The translations under genes and the position numbers were made by a program. Of a stretch of 64,000 nt of DNA, positions 40,880-53,810 are shown piece after piece (the stretch's first letter is position 1; every line of letters begins with the position of its first letter). The stretch covers positions 111,414,001 to 111,478,000 of the forward strand of contig OZ024743.1 in the NCBI GenBank assembly GCA_964016885.1, in the 5' to 3' direction. Source of the DNA: Eledone cirrhosa. Its lineage: Eukaryota. A model generated the notes under the pieces. The model did no database searches, was not told the origin of the DNA, and saw nothing but the letters and a program-made list of their open reading frames with translations.

Positions 40880-41760
40880 CTGGAATTCCTTTCTACTACT
40901 TTTAGTATTGCCCTTAGGCCTCAGTTCCAGATCTTCCCAGAAACTGAAAGTTGTTTCATGAGATTTTGGGCAGAATTGACCAAATAGCTTCTGGCTCCAA
41001 GCTCTATGGCGAGAACTTTAACTCGGAAGTCAAAGTCTCTCGGGCTGTGGGCCAAATTGACGTATTTTGTGGGGTTTGAACACGAGTGTTTCTATTCTAT
41101 GTTTAAATGGTACGGTGAGTATAATTAAATTCAGCTCTATTTATGAACTGGAATGAAGTACGAAATTCAGCCTCAAGCCACTAATTCCAGGTGAATTCTC
41201 GTTACTTTGCCGGTTTTGGGTGGTCTTCTGTACACCCCCAATACATCCTCAACACCCAGAAAACTCAATTTCTGTGCCATGTATGACATAGTTGTTCCCC
41301 ACCATGATTGTTGCCTCGTGCCGTATGAAATTTTGTTAGAGATTATTGTGCTTCGGGTTTATCTTTTGACGTAAATATCACATATACGAGTGACTTAATG
41401 GTTTGATGTGTCTCCACGTAATCTTCCTTGGACTAGTTATACTATGCATGAGCTCAGAAAGTGTCAATCCTGGCAGTGTAGGAATTTAGAGTTATCTTAT
41501 TTGATTCTCTACGTTACATTGGGAAAGTTATCTTAGTCAGATCTCAGGAGAAAACTGATTCCTAGAGGCGCCATGTGCTACAGGTTTTTGCAACTGACAC
41601 ACTTCTAGAATTCATCTTCGCCTATCATCCGCTGACCCAGCTGGCTCTGCTGTACCGCATTTTCAAGTCCTCTGTAATTCTTCCTTCACATCCTGTAAAA
41701 CCAGAAATCTCTTCATCCTTGACCTGGCGTTTGACTAGTGTTTTTGACAAGAATGTTGAA
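40880..41760 (-). pseudogene. Decayed Hero-like (R2-group) non-LTR 3' region with restriction-like endonuclease
   Basis: Minus-strand remnants RISFLLRSD*DNFP, QGR.TWRH, GLRLNFVL, LIILTVPF, KYVNLA, VKVLAIELGAR match RLE motifs (LRPDIV..IELTVPWE..KY..L..IEVGARG). Confidence 0.72.
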
Positions 41761-42822
41761 CTAAATATGTATTAACTAGATCTACTTGAAATATTTATTT
41801 TAAAAACAGATTGAATCATCGTAAATTGAAAGGAATATCTCTTTAGTTATTACAATTTAAATAATTTTATTTAAATAAAATAAAGAAATATTCCGTTAGA
41901 TATATTTATTACACAATTTGGAATATTAGCTGAATTGGATTCATTTTTTCAGATATGCTTAAATATTTTCCGAATGTTGAAATTAAGAAGATGTATCGGG
42001 ACAATTAGTAGAGTTTTGAATAAAATGCCATTGCCTTATTTGTTTTGGGTGTCGATATTATAATCAAGTGCTGGAGCTCATTCATTTATCCTGAAATATT
42101 CTATAGACAAAGTGACAGATAAGACCTGTTTGGTGAGGGGTAAGAAGTTCACAATATAACAGAAAATTAAACCTAGTCCAGGCAGCACGTTTAGTTTTCC
42201 ACCTATGTTTAACTAGCAAAGGTATGTCAAATGACATTCGTAGAAGATTTACAAAGGAAACATTATTTAGTCTAACATTTTCTTGAAATAATTTAGCTGG
42301 TATTTTGAACTACTTAGCTTAATTTGGTTTTATCTGAATTCGACTTTTTAGGTTGTCTTAGTTTACAGAATAAACAGAATATTGCACCTGATGGCAAACC
42401 TTCTAAACCTTTTACGTAATGAGTTGTTTTGTTTGCATTAGTACGATCGTTAGCTTTAAAATGTATTAATCCTAAAATTCTTCATATACAATGTAGACAA
42501 TATGTAAGACAAACGTATTACCATACGTATACTTCCAATATATTTATTGCAAGCAACGTTTATTATTTGACATATTTATAAACTTTACGATTACTATATA
42601 TGTTAGCTGAGATATATAGTTGCAACATGAAGTAATTTTATACAAAACAAGGTGTTTGTGTGTATACCAGGTAATGATATTTTATGTACAATATATTTCT
42701 TGCTTTATGTCTGCAATTCTTAACCAATTTGTTTCTATACAACGTATACTAGCTCATATAGCATCTGTTCTGTTAATTATTAGTATATCCTGTAAACATT
42801 AGCGTCATTTATTTATACATGA

Positions 42823-42894
<72 letters not shown>

Positions 42895-42952
42895 ATATAA
42901 ATACACAATATACATGTGTGTGTGTATTTATATATTTACACACAGACACACG

Positions 42953-43008
<56 letters not shown>

Positions 43009-43469
43009 CATTTTGCACTAACATAGCATCGTTCATAATATGTGTGCGTGTATGAAAAATTAAAATATTTTTCTATATAATAAACATACAAGCGTCTCTT
43101 TATTATCATGCATATTAAAGAAAGTCATATGAAAGTCATATGAAAGTCTATGAAACTCTTTATGAACCGCTCTTTATGATTGCGCCACCTCTAAGTATCA
43201 TGTTTTCAGCAAGGATCTTCGCACTATGAAGATGTGTATCTCTAGCTGATGTTTTATAATTACTACCGTTACTGCCTAGCGGTGATATGATCACTGTTAT
43301 AAAATGCATACGTAGATCCTTGCATGTTTATTATGCATAAACAAATCTTATATTCCTTATATTTTATTGAAATTAAATCTTCTTAAAGACTCCATTTTTC
43401 AGCTTAACCTTCTTCCTCCTATATATATGTAGAATACAAAAATCTAATGAGGCCTCTCCATTATTTAGA

Positions 43470-44000
43470 ACGTGGCAGCCATTCTTACCAATCACTCCTT
43501 TCCATATCATGTGGTATTTGGCAAAATATGCATTGAGGTCTCTCATCAGGATACATTATTCAGTCTTAACTTCATTTACCGCTGCAGTGACTTCATCATG
43601 GAAGAATCTGTATTTGAGCTACTTCTTCGATCCAAATATTTGCACTGCCTAACCAAAGATTCAAGATGTTAATCGTCCGTCCATGAAACAATCTCGCATC
43701 CGGGGGCTTGTCAATATCCCCACTGCCATTTGCGCAGACATTTGTGGCGCCACACCTGAATAGTAGAGTTTCCATCCTTCATCCAATTCTTGTCAGAGCC
43801 ATGGAGATTTCTTTAGGAAACCCCGAATATATCTAGCCGGTAGCATCTAGTCTCCGCCATTATATTCTGCTGCTTACCTGTAAGGGTTGTAATGTTTCAC
43901 ATTGCTCACTTTCGAACCGTCATTAGGGGTTCGAGATATGCAATATTTATTCCTCCATCCCATTCCTCCCAACGCAGGACGCAGGCCCATCGCCAGTTTT
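43470..44000 (-). pseudogene. Decayed RTE-type LINE 5'/APE fragment
   Basis: Minus-strand remnants NITTLTGK..RLDIFGVS..GWKLYYSG..RDLNA resemble the RTE APE N-terminus. Confidence 0.5.
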
Positions 44001-44299
44001 TGCGACATGAAATAGAGACCGACAATATATATTTCCAACAATCTCCTCTACTTTAGACTTGAATGCGTTCCTTGTTAACCCGCTCGAAGAACGATGAGGT
44101 ATGGTTCTTTCTCGTTCATCTCATTATATCGGTGTAGCAGTTTCCTTGATTTTATTCACACCTCTCACCAATCTGGTACTTTGTTAAACATATTCTTGCA
44201 GCACAGAGACATTCATATATATACATGATATGATGGGAATCAGGGACAAGGATCAATAATTGATTTTGGTATTGTCTCTGATATCATCGTTTGTGTTGG

Positions 44300-45045
44300 A
44301 AGTTCGAGTAAAGAGAGAGCCTGTGCAGACGGCTGGAATTTGCAGACGACATGGTGTTGCTTAACACGACAGAAGGGGATCTCCGACTCACACTGACTCT
44401 CTCATGGAAGCCTCCATACTGCACACTACATGTGAATGGAGTTCGACCGAAGCAGGTAGGGAATTTCAGGTATATAGGGGTCGTATTCTCGAGTGATGAA
44501 ATGCAGGAGTCTGAATTATGTGCAAGAATTGCAGGAGCTGGTGCAGAATTCGGTAATCAGAGAAGGGAGGTAAGTATAAAAGCCAAACTTGCTATCAATT
44601 GTATTTCGTGCCAACCCATGCCTATGGTATTCAATCTTAGGAAATGACCGAATGAATACGATCGCGATTGCAAGCGGTTGATGTGGGGTTCTTCGACGGG
44701 ACTTTGGAGTAACGTTACTGGATAGAGTGCGTAGCTCGGAGATCAGATTTTCACTCCGGGTAGAGCTCCTACTCCTCCGAATTGAGCGATCACAACTCCG
44801 ATCCTATAGTGTTTAGAATATCTCAATAAATAATCTTTAGACAGGCAAAACTACCGGTAGGAGACCCAGTGGCAGACCCCGAGAAATTTGGTTGGATAAC
44901 ATCCATGACATTGGGAGGTCTCGCTTTAGCAACTAGCCGGATCGACTGGAGACGGTTGCTTGTGAGAGGAACCGCTGGAAATAGTGTAGGAGGACTCTAC
45001 ACTCACGACTCTCCCAGGGATAAGTGGGCGAAGAAGAAAAAGAAG
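44300..45045 (+). pseudogene. Decayed RTE-type LINE 3' end with (GAA)n-like tail
   Basis: LEFADDMVLL, LHVNGVRPKQVGNFRYIGVVF, RPSGRPR; ends gaagaagaaaaagaag. Confidence 0.72.
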
Positions 45046-45174
45046 TATATATATATATATGTATATAATTAAATAAAAGATGGAAAAATTAAATTCTAAA
45101 TCTTGTTTAGGTGATATATAATGATGATATATATGCATGATATATATGTATTTGCACTACTTATATGACTGAAT

Positions 45175-45272
<98 letters not shown>

Positions 45273-45787
45273 GCATTTTTGGAAGATTAAATATGCATTA
45301 AATTGAAACAGATTTTATCCAAAATTCACTTCCCACTTAACACAATATAGTGGGCATCTTAAGTCTACCAGAGTATATAGGGAATGACTAACATAAATAT
45401 TAAGACCCGGTATAATTCCGATTTGAATATTTTTAAAACAATCATCTTTAGAATACTACTACCTTAGCAAGATATAATACTAACCTACATAAATCTAAAA
45501 ATAACGATAATCTTCAATTCGAATTATTAAATAAATTCACTTGTCGCTTCTGACTTGTAGAGGAATTTTTATCACTATGTTGACCCAAAATCCTTTGAAT
45601 AGCAGGAAAGAATTAGTAAATAACTATCCACACGGCGCTTCTTAATTGTCCTTTAAAAGGGTATATGATCCCACCTTGTTCTTTATCAAGTCCCTTTTTT
45701 TATTTTTGTAATTTGTAGACATGTATGTACTTATCGAGGGATGCATATGTATATGTGTATATGCATATGGGTATGTGTGTGTATGCG

Positions 45788-45854
<67 letters not shown>

Positions 45855-45985
45855 GTGAGGTTTTTTTACAAAATGAAAAATAACCGAGGTGACCTACACG
45901 AGTGAATGTATAAAGAAAAAAGGATGAAATCGAAAATGCAACTGGAGTCTTTTTAAAAAAAATATATATGTATTTATTTGGTTCC

Positions 45986-46021
45986 TTTACAGGTTTCGCA
46001 GTTCTTCTGCTTTTCAAAAGT
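45986..46021 (-). ncRNA. Minimal hammerhead U3-A8 variant (stem III palindrome mutated)
   Basis: Minus strand: TTGAAAA gcagaagaactgc GAAACCTGTA. Confidence 0.55.
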
Positions 46022-48155
46022 AAAGTTGAGATGGAGGGTCTATGGTTTTTCTCACATCTGGTTGGTCTTTGAATGTTACTTGTTTTATATGGAAAAAAGT
46101 GGCTCGAAACGCCAGGTTTTTAGAGAAGTACTTTGATAAGTATGATAAATTTCGCGCACCTTCGCGTTACAAAGTTCTTCAAACAAGGGGAGGGGCTCAG
46201 GTTGTGTTTTCCTATATGAGTGTTTGCACTTCTTTTTACTTAAAAAAAGGGGCTCACGAAAGCTTTTTTTAATAAATGTAATTTGATTGGTTATAAATGA
46301 AAGGATCGCTGTCACGTGAACAAGTTCATTAAATTTCGCGCCCGTCTTTGGGAATTTATTTTAGAGAAATTTATGACAAACAAAAGATAATGGTCAAGAG
46401 AAATATGATGGGAGAATTGTGCTGGTTCTGTGAATATAGCAAGTCGTTTTTTCATATATGAGTGAAGTTTGGTTGGTTAACGTAGTCACGTGAATAAGTA
46501 TATCAGCTTTGGCGTAAGTTTGTTTGAATTTCTTTTTACTTTAAAAAAAGTGGCTCACGAAGGCTTTTTTTAAAATAAATATAATTTGATTGGTTATAAA
46601 TGAAATTATGACTGTCACGTGAACAAGTTCATTAAATTTCGCGCGCGTATTTGTGAATTAATTTTATAGCCTTTTAGAGAATTTTATGACAAGCAAAAGA
46701 TAATGGTCAAAAGAAATGGGATGGGAGAATTGTTCTGGTTCAGTGAATATGGTTAGTTCGCTGGGGTGTCAGAATTCAGATTTTCTATTGAAATAAAGAA
46801 GGTAAAGATATGTATGTTTATTTGTGTACCTGTGTGTGTGTGTATAGGAAAATGATTCTATTAGTAGAAGTGGGGGAGGGATGTGCGTGTGTGTATGGGT
46901 GTTATGTGTGAATGTGGGGGGGGGAGTATGTTAAGATGAAGAAAATATATATATTGTGTGTGTGCGTGTGTGTGTGTGTGTGTGTGAGTGTGTGTGCGTG
47001 TGTGTGTAGGAAAATGATTCCGTTAGTAGGAATATTTTTGAATGAACATATTTTCCTTACTTATTCGTATGTGTTCTGTTGTGTTGTCAGCGCAAACGTA
47101 TGTTAAGGTTTATTTTGATCGGGTTTTTATTTTCTAAAGTAGAAGGTGTTATGTGTGTGTGTATGTGCCTGTTTGGATGTTTAGCATGTTATGGTGTTGA
47201 CATAATGTATATTAAACTATATTTACTGCTGGTCTATATTTTTGAATAAACATATTTTCCTTATTTTATTCGTATTTGTTCTTTTGTATTATCAGCGCAA
47301 AGGTAAAATGGAAAGACTTGGCGTTTTCTTCCATCACTGGAGGGATTTTAGTTCTTCATCCCCACAGTTTTCTTTCCAAAGTTTTAAGGTTTTTTCATAG
47401 AGTAGGCCTTCAGAGTGCGTTGAGATTTTTGTGTCCATCTGTTGGTCGAGTGACTTGAATTTTTCTTCGTTGGAGGTGGCTCTAATTGCAACAGTTCTAT
47501 TTCTATTTTAAAGTTTTCTAACGATATTTTTTCCATAAGACTTTGTTGGTTTTCTGGTTCATTCGGGATGGGTTTTATTTGTAGTTTTTTGGAGAGGATG
47601 ATTGGAGTAGAGTTTACCCACTTTTCAGATACGTCTGCCTTGCTATTATTTTTTAGGAGATTCCAAAAGGTGAATTTGCGTGCTGTGAGCTTTTGCGTCT
47701 ATATATTGATTAGTGTGTTTTTCACTGAGTGGACATCTCGTAGATTGGGTTCTAATGGTTATTCCAGCTTTTGGATCATTGCTGTTTCAATGGTTTCGAT
47801 TAGTTTAGTTAATGCTGGAGTAATATTCGTCTATTGGGTGTATTCTGTTTCTTCGTGGGGTCCTTTTTTATAGATGTGTATTTGGTCCGCTTTGTTGGTC
47901 AAAATTGAGAGTTTAGAGGAAATCCCTTTGAGTTCATTTAAGATGTCCTGGTTCAGTGAGTTGTGGTTTTGTTGAGACTTTGGTGGCATTTTCGGTCTTC
48001 GTGTGGTGGGTATGTATTAGAAATTGAGTTTTTTTTTACAAAATATAAAATAACCTAGGTGTCCTACACGAGTGAAAGTATAAAGAAACAAAGATGATAT
48101 CGAAAATGCAACTGCAGTCTTATTTTTTTTTAAATATATATATTTATTTGGTTCC

Positions 48156-48191
48156 TTTACCAGTTTCGCAGTTCTTCTGCTTTTCAAAAGT
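48156..48191 (-). ncRNA. Minimal hammerhead U3-A8 variant (stem III palindrome mutated)
   Basis: Minus strand: TTGAAAA gcagaagaactgc GAAACTGGTA. Confidence 0.55.
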
Positions 48192-48276
48192 ACAGGTGAG
48201 ATGGAGGGTCTGTGGTTTTTCCCACATATATATATGTATATATGTATATATATATATATATATATATGTGCGTGTG

Positions 48277-48360
<84 letters not shown>

Positions 48361-49795
48361 TGTGTGTGTGTGTATGTGTGTGTATGGATTCAGGTATATA
48401 AGTATCTACATAGATACATGTGTATGAAATGTTTGTGTAGATACGTTGCAGTTTGTACAAGTTGGTTCTCCGGGTAAAGGAAACGAATGTAACTGGTATA
48501 CATATGGTAAAGAAGAAAGTATGCTTTACTCAAGATTTGGGGTGGCAAGCAGTTGAGAGCTAATTATTCCCTTGTTAATCTTAACTAATACTTCCCACCG
48601 GTATGCAACATAATAAGGTCAGATGGAGGATTTGCAATGATATCATACAATGCAGAAATGTTCTCATGAGATTAGAGCGTTCCAATGTCTATCTGGCATT
48701 TTAGTATTTATGCACCCAGGCATTTTGTTTATACATATATTGATTTGGGATAAATGATATTTCGAGAAAATTTACGTAACACCGATAGCGGTTATGAATA
48801 AATTAATTCTTTCTGGGAATATAATTCCAGCCTGTTATGAAGAAAATTTAGGATAATACACCCTAGAGAAAGGTTTTACATCTCAAAATATCGATTGTAA
48901 TATAAAACATTGTTGTGTCATAACGCATCAGTGGAACTAGCACTGCAAATGTTCTTCCTGTCTGTTTTCTTGTGCATCAATTAGTATCCATGTTAGGCCA
49001 TTTTCATGGTCTCTCAAGTGAATATAATCCCCAAATTGTTTTAGAACATGGGTGGTTGTCTATTCAATTATAGAATTATTAAATTTATGAATTTTATGGC
49101 AGGTTTCATAATTTTATTTGTATAACTATCAGATCTATATCAAGATTTATTGACTGATATATATGCATTTCTCCAGCGGATGGTGTTATTAGTCGCATTT
49201 GAAAAATATCAAACTTGGACTAAATTGTGATCACTTGAATAATGTTGTTTCTTTCTTTATTTCTTTTCTGGAAGTTGTATCCATAAATACATTTTAATAA
49301 AAAAATATTACAAATATATATTGAAATGTTGAATTAAACGATTTCTTTCTTTCGAAAATCAGTAAAATAATTTGTCTAAATATTAATGTCCAGCTCCGTA
49401 TAATGTTTCGATGATAGTTTCGATTTTTCAACTCATGCTTGTAACCATTCCTCTTCCGTATGCTTTTAGCAAACGTATGAAGCTCATTCAAACCAACCCC
49501 GCCCATATATAAAGTCCTGGCAATGTTCCAAAGTAACAAATCATGTTATAATTTTGCGGTTGTTTGTTTATATTAAAAGTACTAAATTTGGCCCTGTTTG
49601 AAACATTATCTTGCATAGTGGGAATTTCGTGTTATAACATTGTCTGTGGAATAGTTATCGTACGCAAGCGATATTTCATTTTATGAATTCTAGCTCTGTA
49701 TTGGAATTCGATGGAGTTGATACAAAATAAGTTATTATAATCATTAATGTTAATAATTCAACTAACAATATTGTATTGCTATTAATAACATATCT

Positions 49796-49888
<93 letters not shown>
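49796..49888. repeat. (TAG)n microsatellite
   Basis: Direct reading. Confidence 0.97.
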
Positions 49889-49889
<1 letters not shown>

Positions 49890-50967
49890 TTTTCTATTCA
49901 GTCTTAGTACCGACCTATGATTGAAAGCATTGTAGGCGTTACCATCAAGTGGTTTCGCATAATAGGCTCTAAAATGGCCAATGAATCATCATTGTTTTAT
50001 ATGAATTAGACATGATTTGCACAAGATATGGCTACTATTTCTAACAAATATAGATCGACCACCACATAGTTCATTCCTCATTGTAGTTAAATGTGAAATC
50101 TTAGAAGATGTGTATAGAAGTAAGTGTAAAACAACAGAAAACGTGTGGAAAAATAAGCTTAGTCCTATTCTCGCAGTATTAATAATTTCTAGTCATATTT
50201 TGTTAGCTATTAAACAAGCTCTTCTCCATCCTAACTGTTTTGTAATATTGATCACGTTGGTGTACAGGCAGAACCATGAGAGCGTTGCATATAATATTAT
50301 GTTCTCCAGCTATTGTCAGCATTGTCCTTCAAACATCAGGTCTATCAGGGGGTATGGTGTAAAAATTGATTTTGCCCACACGCTATTTTTGAACGTCGAT
50401 AAAATAAAGTTGTTAGCCCTAAGGCAAATTCTCCAGTGAAATCTGGAATGTGGTCGTTATTCGGAAATGCTTCCAGCCATAAGTATCCTACCAAAAATAG
50501 GACATACAATGAATGCCAGCTTTACCAACCAATTAAGTCTCAAATTAGGATCAACTCTTGTCAAATACTTAATAGATGTTATCGACTTTCCCTTTCACAA
50601 ACGTTGCAGGTTTTGTGCCAAAATAAGAAAACATTATTAATTGTAGAGAAGTATCATTCGTTAGATTTGATGATAAGCATGTGTTGCTTCATAAAATGAA
50701 TGTCCCACTGGTGAAATTAATGTATAATTAGCTGAATGGTTCACAGACACGTCTACACCGAAAATAATTCACAAGCCGAATAAATAACCACAAATCATAT
50801 GTAAAACATAGGTACTTTTTTTATTATATGCCGATGGAATCATTCTCATTAAGAATCAGAAGATTCAATAATGTATATTTTTCTACTCATAGGACGTATA
50901 AAATAGAAGGCATATTCATAGGAGATGAATAAATTAATGTTTTTCCTTTCTACTTAATCAGCTTGCC

Positions 50968-51092
50968 ATAATTGAAGCGAAAACTAGGTGCGTATGTTTT
51001 TATTGGCAGCATGACCCTTCCAAAAAATGTCGATCACAAAAATTACTAGATTAGAAATCAGGTAAAATACCGCTAGAGGCAGAAATCTCTCT
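50968..51092 (+). mobile_element. PLE 3'-end fragment related to 9491-9697
   Basis: aattgaagcGAAAactaggtgcGTAtgtttttattggcagcatgacccttccaaa, ending at (TA)n. Confidence 0.55.
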
Positions 51093-52274
51093 ATATATAT
51101 AGCCCGTTAAAGCTGAAACATATCTGTGTAATGACGAATCGCCGTTTAAAAGTTTCTGATTTTTAGTCCAGTTCATGTTGGAAAATGTGTGGAAACATTT
51201 TAAACCTATCACATATTATGGTAACTCCAAAGGTATAATTCCCACAACTATGACTACCAACGCAACAGATTCCCTTCAATAAATACATTTTCTATTGTTT
51301 TTATTATATTTATTAAATCCTTTATCCTGTTCATTACCTGTTATAAAGATCAAAAGAGAAACTGCACACATTTTAATGTGAAATATGCAAACATAAACAC
51401 TGAGTGAAAGCATTCCCCTATACATTTAGTCCTTTATTAGGTAAGAACAAAAACAAGCTATTGATTTTAGGATTACTGTCAAACTGGATTTTGATAAAAC
51501 TTCATTATAAATGCTATGAAGTTGATAAATTCCTCTTGTTTGGAGATCGGTCAATATTGATTGCTTACATTTGACATCTTTATATCTCTTATATTTTAAA
51601 TTATTTTATTTCTTTCAAGCCCATGTTTGTGTCTCTAAGATTTTCTTTGAAATTATGGATTTGTTTATGCCACTAACCAAACCTATTATTCGACTTTTCT
51701 AAAAGGAATTACAGAATCTGCTTTCTAATGGCTTCGACTAAACATACACACATGTTTAAACCCATGTTTGAACAATTTTTACTATCTAATTTATACATGA
51801 TCGAAACATAAACAATTGCGTATAAATATTAAAAATAAAAAAGGCCATAAATCCATTCTTAATTTATCACCCTCTTCAAAATTAGTAAAATATTCATAAT
51901 ATAAACATGAAACGAAACACATATGATCAATCCTTCTTACTAAAGCAAAAGTCAACATAGAGTGGATCAAATAATAATTAATAAAATATATCAACTACGC
52001 AGTAACTTCTAGGACAAATTATTCTAAATGTATTCGATTAAGTTGATGGGGAGAAAGTAGAGATGGAAATATATAAATATGGGATTAATTAACTAATACC
52101 TTAGGTAAAATATTGAAATAAGACAAGAAATAAAGAGAAAAGATGAAGGGAGGAAATGGGCTGATAATATAAGACAATTAAAAGGTTCGGAGAAAAGGAT
52201 TATTTGATATAGAATGAAATATAAACACAAATTGAAATATATCGAAAAATAAAGGATTCGTATAACATTACTAT

Positions 52275-52456
52275 GCTCAGCATCAGCATCAGCGTTATCC
52301 TCTTCTTTCTCATCATCATCATCATCATCTTCATCATCATCATCATCATCATCATCACCACCACCATCATCATCATCATCACCACCACCACCGCCATCAT
52401 CATCATCACCGTCATACTCATCGTCATCAGCATCATTATCATCATCATCATCCTCA
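52275..52456. repeat. (CAT)n/(CAC)n microsatellite
   Basis: Direct reading. Confidence 0.93.
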
Positions 52457-53031
52457 TTTTTACGACCGTTTTTCCATGAAATGAATGGAAAGATAAAGAG
52501 GAGGATATTCGGGAATAGAATATTTGCTACAGCTGAATGGAAGATTAAGGAAGGAAAGGAACAGGAAGAAAATATGTAAACATATAGAAAATGTAAAAAC
52601 AAAATAATATTATTAAAATACAAATCTTATTTATTAATATATTAAACATTGAATTAGAAAAAAAGATTACTATTATCAATCTATAAAATGTATGTATATA
52701 GTTGCATAGATAATATGTGGGAGCTACGTTCATTTTGGTAAACACATACACTACTATCCGCTATCAATCAGTATAAATATATATCTACAATTAAGAAACT
52801 AGAAAAACAGTATTATAGAATACTAGATCGATGTGCGTATCTCTCTCATCTATTTTGAAAAACATGAAACATTGACATGCAGGAGTTAGTTCTTCTCTAA
52901 TCTAAAGTTAATTTGTGGAAGTAGTAAACAGCTTGTAGCTTCATAGCTACCACGCCATCATTGAACATACTTCAAATGTACGTTCGACAATTACGATTGT
53001 AAATTATATATCAAACAAATGCAGGAAAGTA

Positions 53032-53159
<128 letters not shown>

Positions 53160-53204
53160 AATATGTATATATATATATTTATATATACATATATATATGT
53201 ATAA

Positions 53205-53447
53205 AACGAAGGAGGTGTGGTAAGGAACCAAATGTACCATAACGCACCAGAGTACTAAATATTTAGGGTAGTAGAGTGAGTATAGGAAAATGTTTAACCC
53301 CGACGGCAGATATAGAGCCGTTTCGAAGGCTATTTCTGGACTCCAGAAATAGCCGTCGAAACGGCTTGAGCTCTGCCGCCGGGGTTAAACATTTCCCCAT
53401 TAGTGAGTGTGTTCTGTTATTATTTCTGGCAATATTATTACAACAAT
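53205..53447 (-). mobile_element. GC-rich hairpin mini-element copy 2, fused to the end of another PLE family (53403-53447)
   Basis: Palindrome 53285-53396 plus tail. Confidence 0.85.
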
Positions 53448-53464
53448 ATATATATATATATATA

Positions 53465-53656
53465 TAACGAAGGAAATGTGGTAAGGAACCAGGTGGACCA
53501 TAATGCACCAAAGAACTCAATATTTAGGGTAGTAGAGTGGGTAATAGGAACGAGTAGGACCCTGACGGCTGAGCTCAAGCCGTTTCGACGGCTAATTCTG
53601 AGTCCAGAATTAGCTGTCGAAACGGCTTGAGCTCAGCCGTCGGGGTCCTACTCGTT

Positions 53657-53661
<5 letters not shown>
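53465..53661 (-). mobile_element. GC-rich hairpin mini-element copy 3
   Basis: Palindrome 53544-53661 plus tail. Confidence 0.87.
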
Positions 53662-53698
<37 letters not shown>

Positions 53699-53721
53699 TA
53701 AATACATAAATACACACACAC

Positions 53722-53810
<89 letters not shown>

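Larger units (their letters stand above)
45848..48222 (-). mobile_element. Internally deleted, non-autonomous copy of the Neptune-like PLE
   Basis: Homologous to 27776-29185 joined at ~47320 to 31830-32800; RT missing; pLTRs at both ends; ~250-bp internal duplication in the 3' UTR. Confidence 0.9.
49000..51300 (-). pseudogene. Possible very old L1/Tx1-like LINE remnant
   Basis: Only weak motifs, e.g. LYMGGVGLNELHTF resembling GGLGL..L..F; heavily decayed. Confidence 0.25.
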
